A stretch of 64,000 bases of DNA from a candidate division WOR-3 bacterium (GCA_965649205.1 CBFGJV010000006.1:32001-96000); one strand, 5' to 3'; shown: positions 40,785 through 51,234, numbered from the stretch's first letter. Numbers and translations: made by a program. The notes: generated from the letters alone by a model not told the origin.

Positions 40785-41646
40785 GACAACCGCCCTTTCC
40801 GCCGCAGCAACTGCGCTTGGCCTGCCGCGTTTCAAACATCTCCAGAGACTGTTTCTCTTCAGGCAGGTACAGTTGCAAACGCTGCATCAGCAAATCAAAG
40901 TCAACTTTGTGGCCGTCAAACTCCGGCCCGTCAACACAGGCCAGCCTGGTCTCGCCATCCACCTCCACCCGACATGCGCCGCACATTCCGGTCGCGTCCA
41001 GCATAATAGGATTGAGACTGACAACGGTGGGAATCGCATACGGCTGGGTCAGCTTGGAAACCATTTTCATCATTATCACCGGCCCTACCGCAAATACCCG
41101 GTCTACTTTCCTGCCACGTTCAATCACCGCTTTCAGAGCATCAGTCACAAGACCTTTCTGACCATAACTACCATCATCTGTCATCACTATGAGCTCATCT
41201 GAGACTTTTCTCATTTCCTCTTCCATCATACGCAGACCGCCATGACGGAAACCGAGTATGGAAACAACGTAGTTTCCCGCTTGCTTCAACCCCCGCGCCA
41301 CCGGGTAAATCTCCGGAGTACCCACTCCTCCGGCAACGCACACTACGGTTCCAAAATTTCTGATGTCTGTGGGTCTGCCTAGCGGACCAATGAAGTCAAG
41401 AATAGAATCCCCCGCTTCTAAAGTGCCCAGAAGCTTGGTCGACTTGCCAACTTCCTGAAATACTATGACCACCACCCCCTCATCTGGTCGCAAATCGCCA
41501 ATAGTTAAAGGGATTCTTTCGCCCTGCTCGTGTATACGCAGCACCACAAATTGACCCGGCCTGGCTTTGCGGGCTATTTCTGGTGCCTCCAAATCCATTC
41601 TTTTAATACCGGGCGCCAGAACTTCCTTTCGCAGTATTTTAGTCAA
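40777..41646 (-). CDS. nfnA: NfnA/SudB ferredoxin-NADP reductase subunit
   Basis: PGQFV, ERIPLT, GPLG, TDDGSYG, TGMCGACRV and CVDGPEFD. TTG start after AAGGAG; promoter TTGACC-16-TATAAT at 41799-41772. Confidence 0.9.
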   Translation of the reverse strand: MTKILRKEVLAPGIKRMDLEAPEIARKARPGQFVVLRIHEQGERIPLTIGDLRPDEGVVVIVFQEVGKSTKLLGTLEAGDSILDFIGPLGRPTDIRNFGTVVCVAGGVGTPEIYPVARGLKQAGNYVVSILGFRHGGLRMMEEEMRKVSDELIVMTDDGSYGQKGLVTDALKAVIERGRKVDRVFAVGPVIMMKMVSKLTQPYAIPTVVSLNPIMLDATGMCGACRVEVDGETRLACVDGPEFDGHKVDFDLLMQRLQLYLPEEKQSLEMFETRQAKRSCCGGKGGCRG

Positions 41647-42615
41647 ATGCACTCCTTCGAAACTTCCTCAAATAGACTGCAAATAATAAATGACTGCGCC
41701 GGCATACGCCGGCACCTTCCGGAACAACCGTTTCTCTCAGTTAGCACCGGAAAACTGCCAAAGAGATACTGATTATACCGGCGGCCGGCTGTCGGTCAAG
41801 ACCGCCCGACAAAAACGCTCGTCGTAGTCGCCTGCTCAATGGGATGCAGCCTCAGCAGTACGCTATCAGCCACATATCAAAGGAATCTGCTGGTATGCTA
41901 CAGGAACTGACCCGCCCGCCAGCCCAGCTCTGTTTCATGGCACCGGCCGACGCTCCTTCACGACCCGCAGAAAATGTATAGTCCGAACTCGCAGCAGAAG
42001 ACAAACTTCCATCGGCTCACCAGCGCTGAAACTGCCAATCTGACTGCACATTCCCGTCTTCAAATAATGCTCATCAGTATTATTCTCCGTCTGGGCTTAT
42101 TACCGACTAACTGCCTTACCAGCAATAAGATAGGCCAAACCACATCTTGCCCCCCCCTCCCCAGCCCCCCAGCCACTCCCCCAGTCGTTGCCTCCCCAAC
42201 CTAATCTGTGGCTCTCAGGCATGGCATCTGACTCTCTCGCCCTGCCAACCACCCGGACGCATTCCCTACGATAGGACAGAACACTCAGAAAGCAGTCAGT
42301 CTGGTTCTCATCCGGGCCAAAATCAGTTTCAGGGGTATTGAAGAATACTGTGCCCCTCACCGACCAGTTTCGCCCATCAGGGTCTGGAGCAAAAAGCAGT
42401 TAACCTACAGGATAGGTTTCTGTTTGATTTGGTTGCAGGCCTACTGCATCGCAGGGACAAAACGCATCTGCATCTGACACTGTAATCTCTTTGTTTCCCT
42501 CGTCCTCGAGGACAAACTGACCATCTTCTTCGGGCGAAACCAGGTACGTCCTTGACTTCGCTTTCACTTATAGTAAGCTTCCAAATAAAGATAAAGATAA
42601 TAAGGAGCAACCTCA

Positions 42616-42936
42616 ATGTACGGTGTTTTAATATTTATTCACCTGCTTGTGGCGGTGCTGCTGATTCTCGTGGTGCTCATACAACAACCACAGAAGGGAG
42701 GCATGGCTACCATCATGGGCGGTGGAGAGACAATCTTTGGCGGCTCCGGGGCGGCGCCATTTATGACCAGACTGACTTCAATTCTGGCCATTCTTTTCAT
42801 GCTGACTTCCATCGGTCTTGTCCTAACTTCGCCCAGCAGGGCCCGGACAGCAATCCCGACCCAGACCGTTCCTGCTGAAGCCACTCCGCCCCAGCCGGAA
42901 CCAGAACAACCTGCTGTACCAACAGGAGGTGAATAG
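42616..42936 (+). CDS. secG: Preprotein translocase subunit SecG
   Basis: Two TMs, VLIQQPQKGG...FGG and MTRLT; SD AAGGAG; promoter TTGACT-16-TAAGCT. Confidence 0.9.
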   Translation: MYGVLIFIHLLVAVLLILVVLIQQPQKGGMATIMGGGETIFGGSGAAPFMTRLTSILAILFMLTSIGLVLTSPSRARTAIPTQTVPAEATPPQPEPEQPAVPTGGE

Positions 42937-43271
42937 TGTACGCAGTACTACGTATAGCCGGATTTCAATACCTGGTAAAGGAAGGCGATGTAGTTACGGT
43001 TCCACATCTCGGACTAGAACCCGGGGCTCGTCTGCGCCTGGAGGACGTGCTTTTTCTCCGTACCGCCAACCAGGCCATCGCAGGACGCCCGCATGTGCCC
43101 GAACCGTCAGTAGAAGCAGAAGTTGTAGAAAACTTGCGTGGGCCCAAGCTGCATGCCTTCAAATTCCGCCGTCGTGAGAACTACAGACGCAAACTTGGGC
43201 ACCGCCAGCTTCTTACCAAGTTGCGCATCTCCAAGATAGACTATATGGCAGATTCAACCATCAAAGGCTAA
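42936..43271 (+). CDS. rplU: 50S ribosomal protein L21
   Basis: MYAV..AGFQYLVKEGD and KFRRRENYRRKLGHRQ. Confidence 0.95.
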   Translation: MYAVLRIAGFQYLVKEGDVVTVPHLGLEPGARLRLEDVLFLRTANQAIAGRPHVPEPSVEAEVVENLRGPKLHAFKFRRRENYRRKLGHRQLLTKLRISKIDYMADSTIKG

Positions 43272-43289
43272 CCCCGAAGGAGGTAAGTA

Positions 43290-44141
43290 ATGCGCCTTGC
43301 TGTAATAACAGCCTTTGCAGTCTGCGCCTCGGCACTGACCGTTCGAGCAAATCTCCTGGTAAATCCGGATTTTTCCGGATGGACCAATCCGAACAGACCT
43401 ACAGGCTGGTTTGTGGAAGACACAACCAAAGCCAGGGTCGAACAAGCTACTAACCCGGTCCGTAGCGCTCCCTATGCGGTTAAACTGACCCGGCGTGTAG
43501 CAGGCACTGGCAACAACGCCGGTATCATACAATATGTAGCGGTATCTCCCAATCTCGACTATACGCTATCCGTATGGTTTCTGGACGACGACGTGAACGC
43601 CAGCGGCGGCTGCGGCATCAGTTGGTACACCCAAGATACTACCTTTATATCAAGTACCACCAATGCCTATACCGATTCGGCTATTCGCACCTGGCAGAAA
43701 GTAGTAAAAACGGCCACTGCACCGGCCACTGCGGCTCTGGCTAAAGTATACTTCCGAGTGTACGGCTTCACTGGCAGCCCGGCCGGGGGAGTAGTCTATC
43801 TGGATGACGCCAGTTTTGTGCAGGGGTCAGGTGTAACAGAGGACAAATTCTACCCTGCCGCACAGACCTGTCGACTAAGAATCAGCCCCAATCCGACACC
43901 AGGCCAAACTGTAATGCAGGTAACTCTGACTCAGCGAGAACAAGTTAAACTCGCGGTATACGATCTGACTGGCAGAATCGTCTCCTCTGTTTTCTCTGGC
44001 GTCCTGAATGCGGGTTCGCATTCTTTCTCCTGGAAAGCAATTGATCTGGATAACAAACCTCTGTCTAACGGTCTTTATTTCGTGTTAATGTCAGACGCCA
44101 GCGATAAGGTTGCCGTAGCCAAGCTGCTCATCGAACGCTAG
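43290..44141 (+). CDS. Secreted protein: CBM4/9-like jelly-roll domain plus T9SS/FlgD-type C-terminal domain
   Basis: Signal peptide; NLLVNPDF...GW...VYLDD; C-terminal PNP...VYDLTGR...GLYF; SD AGGAGG. Confidence 0.75.
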   Translation: MRLAVITAFAVCASALTVRANLLVNPDFSGWTNPNRPTGWFVEDTTKARVEQATNPVRSAPYAVKLTRRVAGTGNNAGIIQYVAVSPNLDYTLSVWFLDDDVNASGGCGISWYTQDTTFISSTTNAYTDSAIRTWQKVVKTATAPATAALAKVYFRVYGFTGSPAGGVVYLDDASFVQGSGVTEDKFYPAAQTCRLRISPNPTPGQTVMQVTLTQREQVKLAVYDLTGRIVSSVFSGVLNAGSHSFSWKAIDLDNKPLSNGLYFVLMSDASDKVAVAKLLIER

Positions 44142-44156
44142 AAAACCGGCGTTGAA

Positions 44157-44672
44157 GTGTCTAAACCGAACAAAACGATGAAGGCCAGACAACCAACTGC
44201 TCTGGAAGCAATAAACAAGCTTGGCAAGAAAGTTGCTACCATGACCCAGGCCGAGCTGGCGCGAGCGGTAGGTGTATCCCGCGAACGAATTCGTCAGCTG
44301 GTGCCGCGTATGAAGATAAAACCAGGCCGGCGGGTGCGCGCCTGGCATCGGACCTTGTCAAAAAAGGTCTGTGCTGAGATGGCACGCCTGCATGACAAGG
44401 GGAAATCTCTGGCTGAAATCGGCCGGCAGTTCGGTGTGAGCGACTACCACGTACGCGAAGCCATACGGCAGGTACGCCTGCAAATCGAACCAGCAGGGAA
44501 GATTCAACGCCTGCGCCGACTGGACGCTCTACGTCGACTTCTGGACCAGGGACTCACCTTTGAGCAGGCCTGCGACAAGCTGGGATTCAGTGCGTTGCAG
44601 CGACGGCGCTATCGTCGCCAACTGGGTCTGTGCTGGGACGGAAAGAAAACTGTTCCGGAGAAAAAAGCGTAG
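44157..44672 (+). CDS. Basic protein with multiple helix-turn-helix repeats
   Basis: TQAELARAVGVSRERIRQ, SLAEIGRQFGVS and TFEQACDKLGFS. Confidence 0.7.
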   Translation: MSKPNKTMKARQPTALEAINKLGKKVATMTQAELARAVGVSRERIRQLVPRMKIKPGRRVRAWHRTLSKKVCAEMARLHDKGKSLAEIGRQFGVSDYHVREAIRQVRLQIEPAGKIQRLRRLDALRRLLDQGLTFEQACDKLGFSALQRRRYRRQLGLCWDGKKTVPEKKA

Positions 44673-44806
44673 CGTATCTTCGGCACGCTCCTTCTTTTCT
44701 GGCCGCATAGGAATTTTTAATCGATGCTATGTACTTGACTGTGGGAGCACGTAGCTATTTGCTGTCGAAACCAACCCCCAACGAACCAGACACCAAAAAA
44801 CAAAAA

Positions 44807-44880
44807 TGGGCGATACAAGAGTTGAACTTGTGACCTCTGGTATGTGAGACCAGCGCTCTAACCAACTGAGCTAATCGCCC
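44807..44880 (-). tRNA. tRNA-Val(CAC)
   Basis: GGGCGATTAGCTCAGTTGGTTAGAGCG, anticodon arm CTGGT-CTCACAT-ACCAG, GTTCAA T-loop, acceptor ATCGCCC-A. No encoded CCA. Promoter TTGACT-16-TAAAAT at 44918-44891. Confidence 0.95.
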
Positions 44881-44955
44881 TCTAAAAAGTATTTTAGCCA
44901 GCGGCCATAGTTAGTCAACTACCAGCCGATACCCTCGGCCTGGGAAGTAGACAAA

Positions 44956-44981
44956 GAGGGCGGCGCCGAGACGCCGCCCTC
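44956..44981 (-). terminator. Intrinsic terminator after the RRM gene
   Basis: 10-bp stem GAGGGCGGCG/CGCCGCCCTC followed by TTTGT on the minus strand. Confidence 0.75.
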
Positions 44982-44997
44982 CTGCTTCAGGTCTTAC

Positions 44998-45288
44998 TTA
45001 CCAGCGGTTGCCGGAATCACCGCCAGACCTGCCGCCTTCCTTGCGCGAACGCGCCTCGTTAACGGTCAGGGCTCGGCCGTTCATCTGGTAACCGTTCAGG
45101 GCAGAAATAGCTGCCTGAGCTGCTTCGTTGTTTGCCATCTCTACGAAGGCAAAACCACGCGAACGGTCGGTGAATTTGTCTTTGACTATCTCAGCCGAAG
45201 TTACTTCACCATGCTTGCTGAACAGCTCATGCAGCTGCTCTTCTGTAGCGCTGAAGGGAAGATTCCCTACGAAAATGCGCTGACCCAT
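44998..45288 (-). CDS. Single-RRM RNA-binding protein
   Basis: RNP2 IFVGNL, RNP1 RGFAFVEM and a Gly-rich tail; SD GGAGG; promoter TTGACA-17-TATAAT at 45494-45466. Confidence 0.95.
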   Translation of the reverse strand: MGQRIFVGNLPFSATEEQLHELFSKHGEVTSAEIVKDKFTDRSRGFAFVEMANNEAAQAAISALNGYQMNGRALTVNEARSRKEGGRSGGDSGNRW

Positions 45289-45619
45289 CGAAAAACCTCC
45301 GATGTATTTTTGCTTGGGAGTCGCTAAAGGACACTACGGCTCAGGACTCAGGCGCTAACACGGTCCGGACTCATAGGCCAATGAACGAACACAAGCTGCT
45401 TAGTGGACCTCTTCTTACTTTTCCTTAGAGCTGGATGTGAGGTCCCTCCACAACCAACTGATTGTATTATAGAGGCCATAACTCTCTCTGTCAAATTCTA
45501 CGCCTACCTGTAAATAGGCCGGTAACTTGACATCTGCTGGCGGCGGATGCTACAACAATTCAGTGCCGCTAGATGTAAGAGCAAGCCATTTACCTAATAG
45601 CCCGAAAAGATGAGGTAGC

Positions 45620-47779
45620 TTGAACAAAGTGCTGACCGCGGTCCTGCTTACTGCTGGTGTGCTGCTAACAGCCGCACAGGGTAACCTGTTGACCAATGGC
45701 GACTTTGAACAGCCGCTCACGGTCGGCTGGAGCCAAGAGTTTGATGATAGCCAGGGGTCATACGTAATCACCCGTGATACAACACTGCAACCAGACCCGG
45801 ATTTCGAAGTGCGCATATATAAGTACTTGCGCTACTACGCCAGGTTGAAACAAACAGTAGCCGTGCCTGGTACAAACGTGCGTTTCTCTGGCGCGGCCAA
45901 ACTGGTTGCCACTAAAGGTCCGACCAGCGGTTACTATGCCTATGCTGCCATAATTCTGGAATATCAGAACGCCGGCGGAGAAGTTCTGGGCCGTACCTGG
46001 ATAATGAAAAAGATAGGCGACTTCAATCCCCAGAATACCCCCACTCAGCACTACATACTGACTATAAGCGATGTTTGGGAGAACTACGGTTTTGTTCTCG
46101 CTGATGAGTTAGCCAATCTGCCAGGCATCAACCCCCGGGATATTTCCCGGGTAAGTGTCGTTGTGGAAAGCTACGGCACCGGCGCTTCAGGTTGAGGGGG
46201 ATGTGAAACCACGACGGAGGTCTCCGCCGATGACATAGCCCTCACATACCTGGGCGCTGCTCCATTTCTCACCTACCAGTCAAACACAATTATTGACCCG
46301 CCACCCGGAAGAAATAACAACGGCCGATTTGATCCGGGCGAGAGCGGCGATATACGTGTGAAAGTGAAGAATGTAGGCAACCAGGAGGCACACACTGTCA
46401 CCGCAGTTCTGCGGTCAGGGCATGATCTGTTTGTCGTCACCGACTCTACCGGTAGTTTTGAAGACATACCAGCCGGTGGCAGTGCTGAGAACGATGCGGA
46501 CCGGTTCTCAATTCAAGTCAACAGCAGCATGCGTCCCGGCACGACAGTCCTCTGCACCCTCCTGCTGCACTGCGAGAACTGGGGATACGACTGGAAGTAT
46601 GTTTTCACCCTCCAGGTAGGCACGGCACCGCGGCCAGGCCAATACGTGGTTACGCTAGATACCGGCTCAGTTTCGCTTTCAGTCTGTGCCATAGGCTCGC
46701 TGGGCTTCAACGAGCCTGGCGGAACTGGTAACGGCTTCCGCGTGCCCAAGACCGTCGCCAACACTCTTTACTATGGTAGCATAATGGCTGGGAATTCAGA
46801 CGCCTATCTGGTTGACCACTTCTTCTCGCGACCTGCTTCTGGTCCCACACACAAGGACTGGGCGATGGAAGAGAGCTTCAGGTTCATATTCCCCGGTTCA
46901 CCGGCAGATATGCACTGGATGAACACAATGAACGATGCAGGTCACACTTCGCCCCGCCGGCTGCGGACAGAGCAGCACTGGTATATGAATGCCAATCCCA
47001 CTAATTCCAACTGGACAGTTGTAACGCTGGAACTGAAGAACGACGGCACCAGCCCGCTGAATGAAATGTACGCCGGCATCATAGGCGATTTTGATGTTGG
47101 GTCTTCGCCTACGACCAATATTGTCGGTTCAGATGAAACCCGGCGTGCGATCTGGATGGCACAGGCCACAAGCGAAAACCCCACAGTAGGCTTTGTTCTC
47201 CTGGACCCGCCGATGTTCGCCAACCTGACTGCGGTAGACCACGCGCGCTATGTGTATCCTGATTCGGCTATGACCGATGGTATGAAGTGGCGTCTGCTCA
47301 ATGGTACCATCTCTTTACGTCAGTCTAATCGCAGCTATGACTGGTCAGTGCTGGTCTCGGCCGGACCGTTCAACCTGCCAATTGGTTCAAGTCAGAAACT
47401 GGCCTTCGCAGTTGTAGGAGCAACAAGCCGGGCCGGCTGGTTTGCCGCGGTCGAGAGCGCGCAGAAGTGGTACGACGCTAACCTGGTAGGTGTAGAGGAA
47501 GAAAAACCGTGCCCTGCCTACATCGAACAGTCTCTGCTACTTCGGCCCAATCCTTTCTCTCGTGCCACTTACGTGTACTACTTCGCACCGACAGCATCCC
47601 GCGTATGCCTGTCCGTGTATGACATCTTGGGCCGGGAAATAGAACGAACGTATTTTGATGCTGGTGCAGGCGTAAACCGCTACGTCTGGCAACCTAAAAA
47701 CGTTACTCCTGGTATCTACTTCGTGAAAGCGACCACACCAAACCACGAAACTACAGCTAGAGCTCTTCTGCTGGAATAA
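45620..47779 (+). CDS. Candidate secreted selenoprotein (719 aa, Sec192 in UGGC): signal peptide, CBM4/9-like domain, Ig-like and beta-rich domains, T9SS-type C-terminal domain
   Basis: Track ORFs 45620-46195 and 46358-47779 are in one frame, joined by TGA 46193-46195 plus 54 sense codons (GGCETTTEVSADDIALT...NNNGRFDPGESG). A SECIS-like hairpin follows the TGA. Confidence 0.72.
46198..46251 (+). promoter_or_regulatory. Putative bacterial SECIS element
   Basis: Lower stem ATGTGA (46201-06)/TCACAT (46242-47); upper stem CGACGGA/TCCGCCG with one mismatch; apical loop GGTC with 23 nt between it and the TGA. Confidence 0.6.
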
Positions 47780-47803
47780 GAAGATCCGCTCGGTGTTATG
47801 GAT

Positions 47804-47825
47804 GGGGCGCTCTGCGGAGCGCCCC
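47804..47825 (+). terminator. Hairpin terminator after the candidate selenoprotein gene
   Basis: GGGGCGCTC-TGCG-GAGCGCCCC followed by CGACTTTCT. Confidence 0.65.
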
Positions 47826-47872
47826 CGACTTTCTGTGCCATTTTGACTTACAGCCAGCCGGTACTATTGTTT

Positions 47873-50257
47873 ATGAACAAGGCAGAGATGTCTATGATGT
47901 CGGCACTAGTGCTGGCCGGAGCGGCTCTGGCGCAGCCGATTGGTGCGGACGCGGCCATCAAATGCAGAGGCGGGCGAGCCGGTGGAGTTCGCGGACGCTG
48001 TCCTGTACTCGCTGCCGGACGGCTCCCAGGTGCAGGGCACGATCACAGATAAAACTGGCAGTTTCGCCCTTACCGCGCTTCGTCCCGGACGTTACTATCT
48101 AGAGGTCTCTTTCATCGGATATCAGACGAAAACAGTGGACAATATTGAATGCGCGGAGGGAGCCAGACTGGACCTGGGTCGGCTGGAATTGCAGGCAAAG
48201 CCGGTACCGGTAGAAGGCGCGGAGGCAACAGCTACCACTCTTACCATTTCTCGCAAGCTGGACAAGATTGTGATTGACGTTACCAAACTGCTCAATGCCG
48301 GGTCGGGCACCGCGGTGGATGCTCTGAAAAACGCGCCGTCGGTGAAGGTGAACATTGACGACAACGTCACCCTGCGCGGCAGTTCCAACTTCAAGGTACT
48401 GGTGGACGGCAGACCGAGCGAGCTGGAGCCACAGGACGCCTTGAAGCAGATTCCGGCCGCGACGATCGACAATCGGCCAGGTACGAGGCGGATGGGCCCG
48501 CGGGTATCGTCAACATACTGCTGAAGAAGCAGAAGGGTCCGGGCATCAGCGGGATGGCTAACGCCAACGCAGGTCTGAACAACCGGTATGGCACTGACCT
48601 CCTGGCCGGGTATCGTGAGGGGAAAGTCAACGTCTACGGCGGCGGCAACATCAACCGCTTCTCGTGGCTGAACCGCAGTGAGTCAAAGAGGAAGATAGTC
48701 ACAGGAAGCGATACTCTTGTTACAGCGAGCAAGGGTTCGGGCCGCGGGGGCCCGGTCTTTGGTGGCGGCCGGGCTGGTGGAGACATCGAGCTGGGGCCCA
48801 GGGATAAGGTCGGTCTGTCGTGCCGGATGCGCGGTTTTCGCACCGGCGGTGTCTGCGGTTCGGATGCAACAGAGCGTCGTCTGCCTCAAAATTCGGTCAG
48901 GCACTATACGACCGAGGAAACCTGGCTTTGGACCGGCACAGCACTGTTCGGCATGGCCGATTACGAGCACGGGTTTGATACCAGCGGCCAGAAGTTGACC
49001 GGACGGCTCTACCTCATCAATCGTTCCGGCGGCTCCAGCGGGTTGCGCCAGGAGATGGAAGCAAAAGATACAGTCTATGGTAGACGCAATGAGCAGGGAA
49101 GGCCGTGGCTGCGTCTTACCGGTGAACTGGGGTACGAGAAACCGGCACTGGCCGGCGGCAAGCTGGAATCGGGCTACGAAGGTAATCTGGAACGCACGTC
49201 GGACGATATGAAGCAGTGGCAGTACGATACAGCCGCGCACGCCTACGAGCCGGATACATTGTCCAATCACTCCAACTCTGGAGCAGACCAGGTGCACGCG
49301 GCGTACGCCACATGGTCAACAGAGTGGCGCGGGCTGGGAATACAGCCCGCTCTGCGCGTGGAGTATGAGGGCCGCGCGGTCGAGGTATTGGACACGGATT
49401 CGACCTACCTGGTGAACCGATGGGACGCATTTCCCAGCCTGCACTTGTCTTACGGCCTGCCCGCGAATCAGCAAGTGAGCGCGAGCTATTCCCGTCGGGT
49501 GAACCGGCCAAGCATCTGGGAGCTGGACCCGTTCCCGAACTGGCAGGGGCCGCACAGCGTGTACCAGGGCAACCCGCTGCTTTCCCCTGAGTTCACCGAT
49601 TCCTGGGAGGCCGGGTACGAGTTGTCGTTCGGACAGAACTCGGTCAACGCGGGTCTGTACTACCGTGTCACGCGCGACCTGTTTCAGTGGGTGACGATGA
49701 AGTATGCTCCGGACACGGCTGCACTCTTGACTACACCGCGCAATGTGGGACAGGACTATTCGCTGGGAGGCGAGTTCTCAGCCAATCTCAATCCGTGGAA
49801 GTGGCTGACGCTCGCGCCCAGCGCGGACCTGTACGACTATCGCGTTACCGGCAATCTGCTCGGCCAGGACTTCGCCCGTTCGAGTTTCGCCTGGAGCAGT
49901 TCCCTCAGCCTGACTCTGCGCGCACCCTTTGGCACACAGGTACAGTTGGATGGAAACTACACTGCTCCAACGGTCACGTCTCAGGGCAGAGAAGGAGGCT
50001 GGTTCGATACCGATGTGGCGGTCAGGCAGATGTTCTTGAACCGGACATTGTCAGTTACCCTACGGATCGGACACATCTTCGGCGGTGTGCCCTGGAGAAC
50101 TGAATCAGCGGGCCCGGGGTTTTCCGCCAGCTCATCCTATTTCCACGACGAAAGGGTGGTGACTCTTTCCATAAGCTACAACCTGAACAACTTCCGGCCC
50201 AACCCGAAAATGCGCGCTGGCGAAGGCGAAGAAATGCAAGGTGGTCCGGGTCGCTGA
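47873..50257 (+). pseudogene. TonB-dependent receptor / outer membrane beta-barrel with two frameshifts
   Basis: Signal peptide in one frame; carboxypeptidase-regulatory-like domain and plug start (SFIGY, LRGS..VLVDGRPS) in a second; SARYEADG..GIVNILLKK and the barrel (SYSRRVNRP, GNPLLSPE) back in the first. Breaks near 47962 and 48472. Confidence 0.8.
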
Positions 50258-50321
50258 GTTGCAACTTCGGTTCTGGTCTGCTTGACACGGGGCAGGTGGT
50301 TTCTATCATAACTTTCTTACC

Positions 50322-51230
50322 TTGAGTACCAAAAGCGAATCTGTTTCGCCCCAGTCCATCCGGCCCTATGTGTACTATCCGGGCTGCACGCTCTACACCA
50401 AGGGACGGAGTCTGGACCTGTGCGCGCGCAAGGCAGCGGAGCGCGTAGGATTCAGTCTGGCTGAGATGCAGTCGTGGACCTGCTGTGGAGCGATATACAA
50501 CACCAATTCAGACGATTTCGCGGCGCAGGTTGGGCCGGTGCGTAATCTGGCCAGGGCGAGTCAGGCAGGCGACAAGCTGGTTACCCTGTGTGCCGCGTGT
50601 TACAACGTGCTGAAACGGGCGAATGACAACCTGAATGCGAGGGGAAACGAGGAGACGCGGGACAGGCTGCTGGCATTCGTGGACGAAAAGTTCGAGCGGC
50701 CGGTAGAAGTGGTGCATTATCTGGATGTGCTGAAAACTGACATAGGCTGGGAGAATCTGAAGCAGAAGGTGACAAAGTCTCTGGCTGGACTGAAGGTGGC
50801 GTCCTACTACGGCTGTCTGATGGTGCGCCCGGCCTCGGTGCTGAGCTTCGACGACCCGGACAATCCCAGCGTGATGGACGAACTGGTGTCAGCTCTAGGC
50901 GGCCAGCCGGTAGACTATGATTTCAAGACAGAATGTTGCGGCGGGTATCTGGTTACGAACCAGCGCGCCACCGCGGTGGAGTGTTCGCGCCGAGTATTGG
51001 ACAACGCGGCCCAGACCGGTGCAGAGGTGGTGGTGACTACCTGTCCTCTTTGTCAGTACAACTTGGACGCGTTGCAGAAAGATATGGGCCGGGAAAGCCA
51101 GATGCCGGTTTTGTACTTCACCCAGCTTCTCGGGCTTGCAGTCGGGCTGGACGAGTCAGAGCTTGCCTTGGACTATAACCAGACAGATGCGAGGCCGCTC
51201 TTGAAGTCCAAGGGTCTGCTTACCGCGTGA
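50322..51230 (+). CDS. hdrB: Heterodisulfide reductase subunit B
   Basis: YYPGC, WTCCG, CAAC, YYGC, ECCG and CPLCQYNLD (two CCG domains); promoter TTGACA-16-TATCAT at 50282-50309. Confidence 0.93.
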   Translation: MSTKSESVSPQSIRPYVYYPGCTLYTKGRSLDLCARKAAERVGFSLAEMQSWTCCGAIYNTNSDDFAAQVGPVRNLARASQAGDKLVTLCAACYNVLKRANDNLNARGNEETRDRLLAFVDEKFERPVEVVHYLDVLKTDIGWENLKQKVTKSLAGLKVASYYGCLMVRPASVLSFDDPDNPSVMDELVSALGGQPVDYDFKTECCGGYLVTNQRATAVECSRRVLDNAAQTGAEVVVTTCPLCQYNLDALQKDMGRESQMPVLYFTQLLGLAVGLDESELALDYNQTDARPLLKSKGLLTA

Positions 51231-51234
51231 GGTT

